Of a stretch of 64,000 bases of DNA, positions 1 through 10,488 are shown piece by piece (within the stretch, counting starts at the first letter, position 1; every line of letters begins with the position of its first letter). Below the pieces are notes generated by a model. The model ran no database searches, was not told the origin of the DNA, and saw only the letters and a program-made list of their open reading frames with translations. A program made the position numbers and the translations under genes. The DNA is from Phormidium sp. (lineage in GTDB: Bacteria; Cyanobacteriota; Cyanobacteriia; Cyanobacteriales; Aerosakkonemataceae): NCBI GenBank assembly GCA_051013385.1, contig CP143273.1, positions 224,001 to 288,000 of the forward strand, in the 5' to 3' direction.

Positions 1-101
1 TATCTTGTCGCATAATTTTTAAGTCAACTAATAAGTTGACTAGTTTTTCTACCTCAACTTCTGTTTCTTGGTTAAGGTGATTAGACTGATAAACAAAAGA
101 T

Positions 102-133
102 TCCAGCTGATTGATTTCAGCTGGATTTTTTTT
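102..133. terminator. Probable intrinsic terminator hairpin
   Basis: TCCAGCTGA-ttgatt-TCAGCTGGA followed by a T run. Confidence 0.55.
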
Positions 134-236
134 AGATAAGCTCATAAGTCACAACCCCTGCTTTTAATTGTTAGCTACGTACCAGAAGTAGGGAGTTGAA
201 AACTTATTTCTAAGCTTTCAACTCGTTAGTTTTAGA

Positions 237-854
237 TTATTCCCATCTTTTACTTTCTTCTATAATTGGGATATCCGTGTAAACATCATCATCCACTGTT
301 ACAGCTTGTTTTAACTGCGGCACAAATTCATTTCCTTTCAGTCGCATTCCTAATTCAAACAAAATTTCTGCTACATCATCTTTAGAGACTTTCGCATCTC
401 TCATTGATGACAAACGCCGCTCTAATTCTTCAAAAACTTGAATCCTCAAAGTCCGAACATCTTCTTGTAATTTAGTTCTACTTTCTGTTAGTTCTTTGCG
501 AATTGAACTACTTTGGCTGTCAAGATTTTGATCCAGTGCTTCCACAGCATTAGTAAACTTTTTATTGACTCGATCGACTTGTTGTCGTAAATCGCTAATT
601 TCCTCTTGATAGCTTAAACTAATAGATCTGAGTTTTTTCTCTAATGAATCAAATGCTGAACGTAGTTCTGTAGATACAACTGTCTTTACCTGATCGATGC
701 GATCGCGCATTTCTTGCTGTAACAGAGAAATGTCTGATTCTATCTTCTCGAAGCGATTATCATATTCTCGCAACTGAGGGCCAAAAATAATATCGCGGAT
801 CTGGTCAATGTTTCCCAGTCTTTCCCGCATTTCCTCCTTGCTAATTTCTGACAT
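237..854 (-). CDS. Coiled-coil hypothetical protein
   Basis: 205 aa ORF with heptad-rich charged helices; no catalytic motif recognised. Confidence 0.7.
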   Translation of the reverse strand: MSEISKEEMRERLGNIDQIRDIIFGPQLREYDNRFEKIESDISLLQQEMRDRIDQVKTVVSTELRSAFDSLEKKLRSISLSYQEEISDLRQQVDRVNKKFTNAVEALDQNLDSQSSSIRKELTESRTKLQEDVRTLRIQVFEELERRLSSMRDAKVSKDDVAEILFELGMRLKGNEFVPQLKQAVTVDDDVYTDIPIIEESKRWE

Positions 855-1223
855 AATTACACCTTTCTAGATAAAGTTAATCATTCACACCCCGGAGAAT
901 TATATCGGTTCACGCGCTTTTTAGTAATTTAGCACTGATTCCAGAATAAATTCATCGTCAGCTGTATATTGTATCTAATTACCTTCACCTTTACTCACAT
1001 TTTAATCTACATCTTATTTTTCTTAATAATTTACTCATCAACCGATCGGCTGCAACTGCGGCTCAGCCATAGAAACACTTGCTGCTTTTGGATATTATGT
1101 GTTATTAAACACCTCTTTGTGGAGATACCGCAACTTGCTCAAATGATGATAAATTAGTATTATTCCACATTTGGTATCAAGGAATAAATTTATTAACCGC
1201 TACTTAGTATAACTCGATCAACC

Positions 1224-1586
1224 ATGCAGATTACCCAAAGCCTTCACGCAGCTATTCTCGTTGCTAACCTAGAACAATCGGAACATTTCTATGGAAAAAT
1301 CTTAGGACTATCCAAAATAGATCGATCGCTAAAATTCCCCGGCTCCTGGTATGAAATTGGTAACTTCCAAATTCACCTAATTGTGAGCGATAAAATAGTA
1401 CCTGATCTGGTCAACTCCGAAAAGTGGGGACGCAATCGCCATCTCGCTTTTTCTGTTACTGACTTAGATGCTGCAAAACAACAATTAATCGCTCATAATT
1501 GCCCTTTTCAAGTCAGTGCTTCCGGTCGTCCAGCCCTGTTCACTCAAGATCCTGATGGTAACATTATTGAGTTGAGTCAGGTTTGA
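1224..1586 (+). CDS. VOC/glyoxalase family protein
   Basis: LHAAILV, FYGKILGL, HLAFSV, DPDGNIIEL motifs. Confidence 0.9.
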   Translation: MQITQSLHAAILVANLEQSEHFYGKILGLSKIDRSLKFPGSWYEIGNFQIHLIVSDKIVPDLVNSEKWGRNRHLAFSVTDLDAAKQQLIAHNCPFQVSASGRPALFTQDPDGNIIELSQV

Positions 1587-1639
1587 TTAATTAACCAGTT
1601 GAAAAATTACTTTTTCCCTGATTATACCCAAATAAGCCA

Positions 1640-2935
1640 ATGGTAAAAAAGATTGCTTATATTTACAGCGATCCTCTGTGGGAAACAACAACCGAAACAT
1701 CTATTTTTCCCCCAGAAGTAGAGCAAATTTACCAAGATTTAGGAGGACGACAGCAACTCGAAAAACTTTTAACCGAAAGCCAAATTGACCCCCCAGAGAA
1801 TTTACTAATTCGCAGTTTAGCAGAGTTAGGAGATTCTGTACAGGAAGTATGCGATCGCCTGCAAGAAATCGAATCCCTTGGAATTAAATTGATTGTAGAA
1901 GAAAAAAATCCCATTTCGCAAAACAGCAAAATTGACTTACTCAAACTATTACAAGAAATTCAAAATACCCAACGCAGTCGCCGCTTAAAACAAGGACACG
2001 CTCGTAATCGTTTAAAAGCCTTACCTCCCCCAGGAAAAGCCCCTTATGGTTATCGCCGAGGTAAAGATAAATATATTATAGATAAAAGCGCTGCCCCCGT
2101 AGTCCGCTACTTTTTTGAACAATTCTTACTATTTGCTTCTTTGCGAGGGGCTGTTCGTTATTTAGCCAAGAAATATGGGAAAAAAATATCAGTATCTACC
2201 GGAAAACGTTGGTTAATTAATCCCGTTTATCGAGGCGATTTAGCTTATCAAAATAATCAAATTATTTCTGATACTCATGCTGCCATAATTTCCAGAGAAG
2301 AAGCAGCACAGATCGATCGCCTTTTACGCCGCAATCAACGAATGTCTCCCCGTACCGCTAGTGCGCCTCGTTCCTTAGCCGGATTAGTTGTTTGTGGCGA
2401 ATGTCGATCGCCCATGAATATCGCCAGAGTCACCACACCAAGAACAGACAAAGAATATCTTTATTTACGCCCCATTAACTGCTCAAAATCCCCCAAATGT
2501 CGAGCAATTTCATATCCAGAAATCTTAGATAAAACTATTCAACTTATCTGCCGAGATTTACCCCAAGCAGTAGCTCAAATGCAATTACCAGATATGGGAG
2601 AAATGAAGAAAAATTTGGGAAGTGCGATCGCGCAAAAGCAGCAAATTCTCACCCAACTACCTAACTTAATTCAACAAGGAATTTTAGACCAAGAAACATC
2701 CCAAATTCGCGCTTACAAACTCCGCACAGAAATTGCTCAACTGCAATCAAAACTAGCAGAATTACCCCCAGTAAATTTGCGCGAAACCGCCCAAGCAGTC
2801 TCTATTCCACAATTTTGGCAAGACTTATCGGAATCAGAACGCAGATTTTACTTCCGCGAATTCATCCGAGAAATTCAACTTTGGCGACAAGACGAAGACT
2901 GGCAATTACAAATCAAATTTATCTTTTTTACCTAA
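1640..2935 (+). CDS. Large serine recombinase-family protein with degenerate catalytic N-terminus
   Basis: GKAPYGYRR recombinase domain, HAAIIS, Zn ribbon LAGLVVCGEC, coiled coil; no YxRxS motif at the N-terminus. Confidence 0.85.
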   Translation: MVKKIAYIYSDPLWETTTETSIFPPEVEQIYQDLGGRQQLEKLLTESQIDPPENLLIRSLAELGDSVQEVCDRLQEIESLGIKLIVEEKNPISQNSKIDLLKLLQEIQNTQRSRRLKQGHARNRLKALPPPGKAPYGYRRGKDKYIIDKSAAPVVRYFFEQFLLFASLRGAVRYLAKKYGKKISVSTGKRWLINPVYRGDLAYQNNQIISDTHAAIISREEAAQIDRLLRRNQRMSPRTASAPRSLAGLVVCGECRSPMNIARVTTPRTDKEYLYLRPINCSKSPKCRAISYPEILDKTIQLICRDLPQAVAQMQLPDMGEMKKNLGSAIAQKQQILTQLPNLIQQGILDQETSQIRAYKLRTEIAQLQSKLAELPPVNLRETAQAVSIPQFWQDLSESERRFYFREFIREIQLWRQDEDWQLQIKFIFFT

Positions 2936-3039
2936 ACTTATCCTTAGCCATTTCTTAACCTAGTTTATAACAATAGATTTTGTTGGAAGCGCTACAGAGA
3001 AGAAAAGGAGGATCTGACAAGTTAAATAAGATTGCTATA

Positions 3040-3160
3040 CTGAGATCTTGCACCACTCTCAACAAGACTTGAAAAACCGGGTTTCTTTAGAAAAAATCTA
3101 GACTTTCAGGTTTAGTTATTGGCAAGAAACCCGGTTTTTGGCCTTGGTGCAAGATCTGAG
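3040..3160. mobile_element. MITE, CTGAGATCTTGCACCA-type ends
   Basis: 16-bp TIR (15/16 match), flanked by TATA on both sides; related copy at 46150-46269. Confidence 0.8.
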
Positions 3161-3221
3161 TATAGCAAATTTAAATTAGAACATTGTAAAATTATTTAAA
3201 GTAGCGTCCTTTCTTTTCCCA

Positions 3222-3779
3222 ATGAAACTCCATCGTCACCTTTTTAGCGTCTTACTCGTTCTTTGTTTAGCCTTACTTCCTTGGTTTAACTTTATTCCCG
3301 GTGCAGATGCCCTTGGCGGAAAACTTCCTCCTTTAAATCAACCCGCACCAACATTCACATTACCCACAAACACAGGCGATGGTGAAGTATCACTCACTGA
3401 TTATCGTGGTCAATGGGTAGTACTTTATTTTTATCCTAAAGACTTTACTTCAGGTTGCACTTTAGAAGCCCGAAGATTTCAGCAAGATTTGCCAAAATAC
3501 CAACAAATAAATACGCAAATAATTGGTGTTAGCGCTGATTCTATAAATACCCATGCCGAATTTTGTGATTCAGAAGGATTAAAATTTCCCTTACTTGCTG
3601 ATACCGATGGAAAAGTTAGTAAAGGCTATGGTTCATGGTTAGGAGCACTTTCCATGCGTCACACTTTTATTATTGATCCCAATGGAGTAATTCGGGAAAT
3701 TTACACAGGAGTTAACCCATCAATTCATAGTAAAGAAGTTTTAGCACGTCTTAGTGAATTGCAGGAAGCTTCTTCTTAA
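3222..3779 (+). CDS. Peroxiredoxin (BCP/PrxQ type) with N-terminal signal
   Basis: YFYPKDFTSGCTLEA motif; hydrophobic N-terminus. Confidence 0.92.
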   Translation: MKLHRHLFSVLLVLCLALLPWFNFIPGADALGGKLPPLNQPAPTFTLPTNTGDGEVSLTDYRGQWVVLYFYPKDFTSGCTLEARRFQQDLPKYQQINTQIIGVSADSINTHAEFCDSEGLKFPLLADTDGKVSKGYGSWLGALSMRHTFIIDPNGVIREIYTGVNPSIHSKEVLARLSELQEASS

Positions 3780-3855
3780 AACATTGTCTTGGTAAAAGTA
3801 GGGTGGTCAATTTCCACCTTACTTGATAACATGGTTTTTTTAGGTAAATTGGTCA

Positions 3856-4560
3856 ATGGAAATTCTGATAGTCGAAGATGAACCGGAAATAGCTAAATTA
3901 ATTCAATTAACTTTGGAAAATGAAGGGTTTTCTTGTCAACAAAGCCGCGATGGATTGAGTGCTCTGCAAACTTTTCAACAGCAGCAACCAGATTTAATTA
4001 TTTTAGATTTAATGTTACCGGGGTTAGATGGTTTAGAAGTTTGCGCCCGAATTCGCCAAAAACCAGGGCCAAAAGACCCTTATATTTTAATGTTAACTGC
4101 CAAAGGGGAAGAGATCGATCGCGTAATTGGCTTATCCACAGGCGCAGATGATTACTTAGTTAAACCCTTTAGTCCCAGAGAATTAGTTGCTAGAGTTAGA
4201 GCATTATTGCGGCGCAGTTTACGACAAGGAGGCAACAGTTTAGTCTATCGAACACCTCATTTTACTGTTGATATAGACCAGCGAATCGCCCAGCGACAAC
4301 TTCATCCTAATGAATCAGAAACTTTAGACTTAACCACCTTAGAATTTAACTTGTTAAGCACTTTTATTAGTCAACCGAATCGCGCTTGGAACCGTACCCA
4401 ACTAATAGATAAACTTTGGGGAGATGACTTTTTTGGTGATGAAAGAGTTGTAGATACTCACGTCGCCAGACTGCGAAAAAAAATTGAACCAGACCCAGCA
4501 AATCCCACCTTTATTAAAACAGTAATTGGTGTGGGTTACAAATTTGAAGACCCCGGTTAA
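3856..4560 (+). CDS. OmpR-family response regulator
   Basis: REC domain (VEDE, LDLMLP, KPF) plus winged helix (VDTHVARLRKK, TVIGVGY). Confidence 0.95.
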   Translation: MEILIVEDEPEIAKLIQLTLENEGFSCQQSRDGLSALQTFQQQQPDLIILDLMLPGLDGLEVCARIRQKPGPKDPYILMLTAKGEEIDRVIGLSTGADDYLVKPFSPRELVARVRALLRRSLRQGGNSLVYRTPHFTVDIDQRIAQRQLHPNESETLDLTTLEFNLLSTFISQPNRAWNRTQLIDKLWGDDFFGDERVVDTHVARLRKKIEPDPANPTFIKTVIGVGYKFEDPG

Positions 4561-4564
4561 AACG

Positions 4565-4709
4565 CAGGGCTAATTCATGGTTATCAAAGAAAATTAAACG
4601 GATGGGGGGACAAGGGGACAAGGGGACAAGGGGAAAAGATGATTTTTCCTTTGTTTGCATTATCTCTCCTTCACAAATCAATTTCTATGTTTACAATGAA
4701 TTAGCCCTG
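4565..4709. mobile_element. MITE, CAGGGCTAATTCAT ends, carrying GGGGACAA repeats
   Basis: TIR CAGGGCTAATTCAT/ATGAATTAGCCCTG; 10-bp TSD GGTTAAAACG at 4555-4564 and 4710-4719. Confidence 0.85.
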
Positions 4710-4718
4710 GGTTAAAAC

Positions 4719-4839
4719 GAGAGCATCCTGATTTTGTAAGGGCGAAGCATTCCGGCAGATAAGTTATTAGTTAAAACCAGAAATTTACTACCGGAATGCT
4801 TCGCCCCTACCAATATATTTGCCAAATTGGGATGCTCCC
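4719..4839. mobile_element. MITE, G(G/A)GAGCATCC ends, carrying a REP-like hairpin
   Basis: TIR GAGAGCATCC/GGATGCTCCC; 9-bp TSD GGTTAAAAC; internal GGGCGAAGCATTCCGG...CCGGAATGCTTCGCCC. Confidence 0.8.
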
Positions 4840-4873
4840 GGTTAAAACTTGCTAAATTTATTTGTAGAATCAA

Positions 4874-4909
4874 TCTAAAATCTAAAATCTAAAATCTAAA
4901 ATTTAAAAT
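4874..4909. repeat. Heptamer STRR (TCTAAAA)n
   Basis: About 5 tandem copies. Confidence 0.85.
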
Positions 4910-4912
4910 CGA

Positions 4913-6004
4913 ATGACCAAAGTTGGGTTGCGATCGCGTTTATTCCTCTCTCACCTCCTAGTAATGATGGTGGGAGTACTCAGCTTAGTAATCATTGGCA
5001 AAATCTCCTCACCCAGAATATTTATTCTTCATTTACAAGAACTAGAAGGTGACGGCTACCAAATCCGTTACGCCAGAACTCGACTAATTCAAGGATTTGA
5101 AATTGCTTGGAGTCGGAGCACTTTTTGGTCAGTTTTAGCTGGCGCTACTGCTGCGGGCGCATTAAGTTATTGGGTATCACGGCGCATAGTCCAACCATTA
5201 AATCAAATGGAAGAAATTACCCAAAAATTTGCCACAGGGCACTTAGAGGAACGAGTACCTTCCTTAGAAATTCCTGAACTTAATCAACTAGGAACTAGTT
5301 TTAATCAGATGGCTTCCAGTCTCGAAGGAGTGGAAGTACGCCGTCGAGAATTAGTCAGTGACTTATCACACGAATTACGCACACCATTAACAGTAGTTCG
5401 CGGTTATTTAGAAGAACTTGCCGATGGCACAATTGCACCATCACCAGAAATTTATCAGCAATTAGCCAGAGAAACCAAGCGCTTAGAAAGATTAGTTAAT
5501 GATTTACAGGAACTTTCCAAAGCTGAAGCCGGATACTTACCAATTAATTTACAACCTGTGAATTTGCGACCCTTATTTGAGTCATTAGTGCAAAAATTCG
5601 CAGACCAATTATTAGAATATGGCCCTGTTTTACATCTGCAATGTCCGGCACAATTACCTTTAGTATTAGCAGATATCGATCGTGTAGAACAAATCTTAGT
5701 CAACCTATTGGGAAACGCCGTTCGCTACACAAGCCAAGGTACAATTACCTTACGGGCTTGGACTGAAACTAGTAAACTTTGGATTGCCGTAATTGACACA
5801 GGACAAGGAATTTCCCCAGAAGATTTACCTCATGTATTTGAGCGTTTTTGGCGGGCCGATCGTTCCAGAGCCAGATATTCTGGAGGAACCGGAATAGGTT
5901 TAGCAATCTCTCGCCGCTTAGTAGAACTGCAACGCGGTGGAATTGAAGTAGAAAGCAAACTTGGTAAAGGTAGTACATTTCGCTTCTTTCTACCTTTAGC
6001 TTAA
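4913..6004 (+). CDS. HAMP-domain sensor histidine kinase
   Basis: Two TM segments, HAMP, SHELRTPL H-box, N/G1/F/G2 boxes. Confidence 0.95.
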   Translation: MTKVGLRSRLFLSHLLVMMVGVLSLVIIGKISSPRIFILHLQELEGDGYQIRYARTRLIQGFEIAWSRSTFWSVLAGATAAGALSYWVSRRIVQPLNQMEEITQKFATGHLEERVPSLEIPELNQLGTSFNQMASSLEGVEVRRRELVSDLSHELRTPLTVVRGYLEELADGTIAPSPEIYQQLARETKRLERLVNDLQELSKAEAGYLPINLQPVNLRPLFESLVQKFADQLLEYGPVLHLQCPAQLPLVLADIDRVEQILVNLLGNAVRYTSQGTITLRAWTETSKLWIAVIDTGQGISPEDLPHVFERFWRADRSRARYSGGTGIGLAISRRLVELQRGGIEVESKLGKGSTFRFFLPLA

Positions 6005-6265
6005 GTCATAACTTTGACACAAACAAATCATCACTTTGTCACATCTAATTGTTAACTTAAGACTGTCAAATTCATTTTTAATTAATTCTGGCGATCGGCA
6101 TTTTTTTGATTTACTATTCAGTATGATAACAACATTTTTAGCAATAATTTCCATTGCTCTTATCAGCTTATTTGGGATCTTAGCAATTTCCCTCCTATTT
6201 CCCAATCCTTAAATATCATCAGTTCGTAGTAACAACTTCAGTCGTTACTTGACTCAATAATTGAT

Positions 6266-7156
6266 TCAAATTTCCGTAATATGCTCAATGGTATTTTTAC
6301 CTTTATTCTTAATAACATACATTAAATAATCAGCCTTTTCGATAATTTCATCAACAGTTTCTGGACAATTAATATAAGTAATAGCGCCCACACTAAAAGT
6401 TACAGGCCAAAGATTTTTTTCCATAACCTCTAAAAGTACATCGCGAACTCTATTAATAACTATTTGAGCAGGTTCATAAGCCAATCCCGGCAAGAAAATA
6501 ATAAATTCATCCCCACCAACTCGAGCCACAATATCAGTCTCGCGCACGGTATTTTTGATAGTCTGTGCTACTACTTGTAAAACCCGATCGCCAACTTTAT
6601 AACCACCGTAATCATTAATATTTTTAAAATTGTCTAAATCGATATAAGTTACTGTAAAAGGATGACCATAACGCCGCGACTTCTTCAACTCCATGCTAGC
6701 CAACTCGACAAATAATTTTCGGTTAGCCACGCCAGTTATTTCATCAGTTCTGGCTAATTTACTTTCTCTTTTCCGGGTGTTATGTAATTCTGCAAGCAGA
6801 TAGTTTACTGTCAAATAGAAGGCTAACCGGATGAAAGCATTCCAATAAGGGAGATAATTCGGTAAACTGATTTCGCCTTTTAATTGATAAATTAAAAACC
6901 AGATTGTAGCGCAAGCAAAAGATATTAATATGCCAAATTTTTCACTGACAAACCAACTAACTAAAGCCACAGGAATCAAAAAAAATATGGAAGCAATATC
7001 AGGTGAGACTAGGTAATCAATAACCCCGATCGCAATTACGAGTAAAATACTTAACCCGATTAAAAAAGATCTCGATCTGTTTTCCAGATATCTGAATATA
7101 TACACCACAAATTCCCTGAAAGCGTTATTAGTTAGAATGGCTTCCTCCTTAATCAT
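6266..7156 (-). CDS. Membrane-bound diguanylate cyclase
   Basis: N-terminal TM helices; DLDNFK and ARVGGDEF. Confidence 0.92.
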   Translation of the reverse strand: MIKEEAILTNNAFREFVVYIFRYLENRSRSFLIGLSILLVIAIGVIDYLVSPDIASIFFLIPVALVSWFVSEKFGILISFACATIWFLIYQLKGEISLPNYLPYWNAFIRLAFYLTVNYLLAELHNTRKRESKLARTDEITGVANRKLFVELASMELKKSRRYGHPFTVTYIDLDNFKNINDYGGYKVGDRVLQVVAQTIKNTVRETDIVARVGGDEFIIFLPGLAYEPAQIVINRVRDVLLEVMEKNLWPVTFSVGAITYINCPETVDEIIEKADYLMYVIKNKGKNTIEHITEI

Positions 7157-7233
7157 ACAAAAGGGATAGGCGAAACACCTATCCCTGGAAACAATTTTAC
7201 GTTAGTTTACTCGTTTGTGTTCTCTGGCTTTCC

Positions 7234-8475
7234 TTATTCTTGTTGCTGTTGCTGTCTATTAGGCAAAGCACCAGGCTGAACAACTAAATCAACATTCTGC
7301 CCACTGCGACGCACTTCCATTGGCAAACGAGCACCAACACTGCTGGCATCTACAGCCTGTTGTACAGAGTTAGAATCTTTTACTGATTTATTGTTGATTT
7401 TGCTGATAATATCACCAGAACGTAACCCGGCTCTTTCGGCTGGGGAATTTGGCGCGACTTGGACAATTAATACGCCATCGTCTTCATTGACGTTCAAATT
7501 GAGTTCAGGATCGCTGTTAATATTTTGCTTAATCTCAGGAGTCAGGTCTACCATCTGAATGCCCAAGTAAGGATGTTGCACCTTACCGTCAGAAATTAGC
7601 TTGTTAGCAATACTTTTCGCGGTGTTAACTGGAATGGCAAAACCAATGCCTTGGGCACCTTGAATGATAGCTGTGTTGATCCCAATTACTTCCCCAGAAG
7701 CGTTTAACAGTGGGCCGCCGGAATTACCTGGGTTAATGGCTGCGTCTGTTTGGACGAATCTGACTCTTTGATCGGGAACGCCGACTTGACGACTGCTGCG
7801 ACCTGTGGCGCTGACAATTCCTGTAGTCACGGTATTATCTAAACCAAGGGGGTTGCCGATCGCGATCGCCCATTCCCCTGGTCTTAAACTATCAGAATTA
7901 CCCAGCTTCACTGTCGGCAAATTTTGAGCATCAACTTTAATCACTGCTACATCAGTTACCGAGTCTGCACCCAATACCCTACCTGTCAGGGCCCGACCAT
8001 CTTTCAGGGTAACTCTCACGGTATCACTACCGGAAACAACGTGGGCGTTAGTCAAAATATGACCATCAGAATTAATGATAAACCCAGAACCAGTTTCGCT
8101 GACTTGGCGCGAGCGTGGCATTTCTGGCATTTGGCGACCACCAAAAAATTCTCCGAAAAACGGATCTTCCTGCATCCCTCTCGGCATTCTCGCGCTAACT
8201 CTTCTGGAAGAATCAATTCTAACTACTGCTGGCCCAACGTTCTGCACTACACTAGTGACAAAATTGCTATCAGAATTAAATGGTAATTGGGCTACTAAGT
8301 TTGAGGTAACTGATTTATCAGTAGCACGGGAGGGCAGATTACCTTGTGATAATAAATTGCTACCTGCCAAGCTAATTCCAGATCCTAATAGCACTAATGA
8401 CAAATAAGTGAATATCCGGGGCATAGCAAATTTCTTAGTTCCTTGATTGTTAGGTTTTGTATCTTTGATTTCCAT
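7234..8475 (-). CDS. HtrA/HhoA/HhoB serine protease with PDZ domain
   Basis: TNAHVV, DVAVIK, GNSGGPL catalytic triad; C-terminal PDZ. Confidence 0.95.
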   Translation of the reverse strand: MEIKDTKPNNQGTKKFAMPRIFTYLSLVLLGSGISLAGSNLLSQGNLPSRATDKSVTSNLVAQLPFNSDSNFVTSVVQNVGPAVVRIDSSRRVSARMPRGMQEDPFFGEFFGGRQMPEMPRSRQVSETGSGFIINSDGHILTNAHVVSGSDTVRVTLKDGRALTGRVLGADSVTDVAVIKVDAQNLPTVKLGNSDSLRPGEWAIAIGNPLGLDNTVTTGIVSATGRSSRQVGVPDQRVRFVQTDAAINPGNSGGPLLNASGEVIGINTAIIQGAQGIGFAIPVNTAKSIANKLISDGKVQHPYLGIQMVDLTPEIKQNINSDPELNLNVNEDDGVLIVQVAPNSPAERAGLRSGDIISKINNKSVKDSNSVQQAVDASSVGARLPMEVRRSGQNVDLVVQPGALPNRQQQQQE

Positions 8476-8745
8476 TTTTTTCTAATTCTCCTGAAACTTC
8501 AACTGTGGTTTTTTCTGTGGTGGGATGGCAATAGTTCTTAATCTCGGAAGTAGTGACCTCTGATCCGGAGACACTCCATAAGACTTATCTTTAGTAGTAG
8601 TAGACTGTTTTGCTTACGTTTTTGATTTTAGATATTCTGTGTGACACTTTGATTACAGCTATGTGTCAATTGAATGGCAATTCTTTTTCCTAAATAATTT
8701 AGGGGCTGCAAAGCTTTTTTGACCTGCCTGGGAGCCAATATTTGA

Positions 8746-9597
8746 TCAAAGATCCTTGGATGCTAAGAATTCGGGTCTAGCTTGCTGCGTTTTTTGGAGT
8801 ATATCAGCTAAAGAACTCCAATTTCCTTGTTGGATGTCGGTAATTAATTGGTCGAGAGTTTGGCGATAGGAAAAGAGCGATCGCAACAACTGCTCTTGAT
8901 TATAGGTTGCCATCAACACCCCCAATTCGGGATTTCCGCCACCTACCCGACTTGTATCCCGAAACCCAGAACTCGCTAAGTTTTGTGCTAATTCTAATAC
9001 ATTCTTCTCGCTTTCACTCAGGCAAGCACTGATTAAACTAGCGCTAATCATTACTGGTAAATGGGAAATCCAAGCCACTGCTTTATCATGTTCTTCGGGA
9101 CGACAAAGGTAAAATTTAGCTTGGAGCGATCGGACCATTTCCCCGACTATTTTTACTGATTCAGGAGTAGTATTTTCTAGCGGAGTTAATACATAAGGTT
9201 TGCCGACAAACAAATTAGATTGCGCCGCATCAATGCCACTTTCAGCAGTTCCCGCCATTGGATGTCCGCCGATAAAATTGGGCCAAATTTTGGCTGCATC
9301 TGCCACGATTGGGGATTTAACTGAACCCACATCAGTGACAATTGTTTGTGGTGAAAGATGGGGGATTAATTGTTCAATGGTGGGAATGATTAAATCTAAA
9401 GGCGTGCAAATAAACACCACATCTGCGGCGGCTAAAAGCGAAAGGTTCACACTGGCATCATCAACAATCCCTCGTTCGATCGCAGTTTGGCAAGTTGACT
9501 CGCGCCGACTGACGCCCAAAACTTGATAACCAAGCGATCGCAAATCCAACGCCAAAGAACCACCAATTAAACCTAACCCAACAATTCCAATATTCAT
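8746..9597 (-). CDS. tyrA: Prephenate/arogenate dehydrogenase
   Basis: GLGLIGGS, DVGSVK, GGHPMAG, SHLP, FRDTSRV; start placed at MNIGIVG. Confidence 0.93.
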   Translation of the reverse strand: MNIGIVGLGLIGGSLALDLRSLGYQVLGVSRRESTCQTAIERGIVDDASVNLSLLAAADVVFICTPLDLIIPTIEQLIPHLSPQTIVTDVGSVKSPIVADAAKIWPNFIGGHPMAGTAESGIDAAQSNLFVGKPYVLTPLENTTPESVKIVGEMVRSLQAKFYLCRPEEHDKAVAWISHLPVMISASLISACLSESEKNVLELAQNLASSGFRDTSRVGGGNPELGVLMATYNQEQLLRSLFSYRQTLDQLITDIQQGNWSSLADILQKTQQARPEFLASKDL

Positions 9598-9769
9598 CTC
9601 TAATTTAATTACAAACAATATCTTAACTGTAGTTACTACTCTACCTTTTTTCGACCTTAAAGCTGCCGTTCTTGCTGCCAACGCTCACTGCCACTATGAG
9701 GATATAATCAATCATTAAGGAAGCAGCTGCGACTAATCCCGGATACAAACCCAGGTTCTCACCGAAAAA

Positions 9770-10160
9770 CCTGCGCGGAAGCCCCTGGCTTCAGCAGTAG
9801 GATAACTATTCCAGAGGCGATCGACAAAGACCAACCCAGTGCCCCACTACCCGCAGGGCTGATTCATTGTCATCAAAGAAAATTAAACAGATGGGGGGAC
9901 AAGGGGACTCTTGGGACAAGGGGACTCTTGGGACAAGGAGACAAGGAGACAAGGGGAATTTTTATCTTCTGCTCCGAGATCTCCGAGAGTTCCCCTGCCA
10001 AAAATTTTTCTTTGACGACTTCGGAAGTAGCCCTGCCACTACCCGCAGCCACCAAAACTAGTAAAATTTCCTCAGTAGCTTATGCTACTGACGACAGAGC
10101 ATCCCAGGAAAGTACTGCTAACATTTAGAATCCCCCTATTTGAATGGGGGGGAGTGTCAT
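9770..10160 (+). mobile_element. Non-autonomous IS200/IS605-family relic
   Basis: Left-end-like GCGGAAGCCCCTGGCTTCAG and right-end-like AGAATCCCC...GGGGAGTGTCA; no transposase ORF; family assignment from recalled end motifs. Confidence 0.55.
9854..10035. mobile_element. MITE of the CAGGGCT family nested in the IS605-like relic
   Basis: CAGGGCT...AGCCCTG ends; perfect 10-bp TSD CCACTACCCG; first ~55 nt nearly identical to the element at 4565. Confidence 0.85.
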
Positions 10161-10488
10161 AGTTACTCAAGAATGGTTCTAGCTTACAGGAAATCTTATC
10201 TTAGACAGGCTCCTGGTTAACAACTGACAGAGGAACAGAAAAGATCCTTTACTAGCCTATCCCCTAGAAGGGAAACTAGAAGTATAAAGAACTTCTATAT
10301 TTTAAGGAGAAATTATCTTCATCGATTCCCCACCACAGGAAATATGTGCAAATGTAGTGACATATCAGTTTAGTGTCTAATCCTGGGTCTAAAATGCCAA
10401 TATCGATCCGCAGTTCCCTAATTTTGCTATTGGCAAAACCCAAAACAAATTTTTATCGCTTAAATTTGGGTGTTTCTAAGGTAGTCTT

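Noticed and set aside
9867..10128. Short ORFs of 60-66 aa
   Set aside because: They translate MITE and STRR sequence
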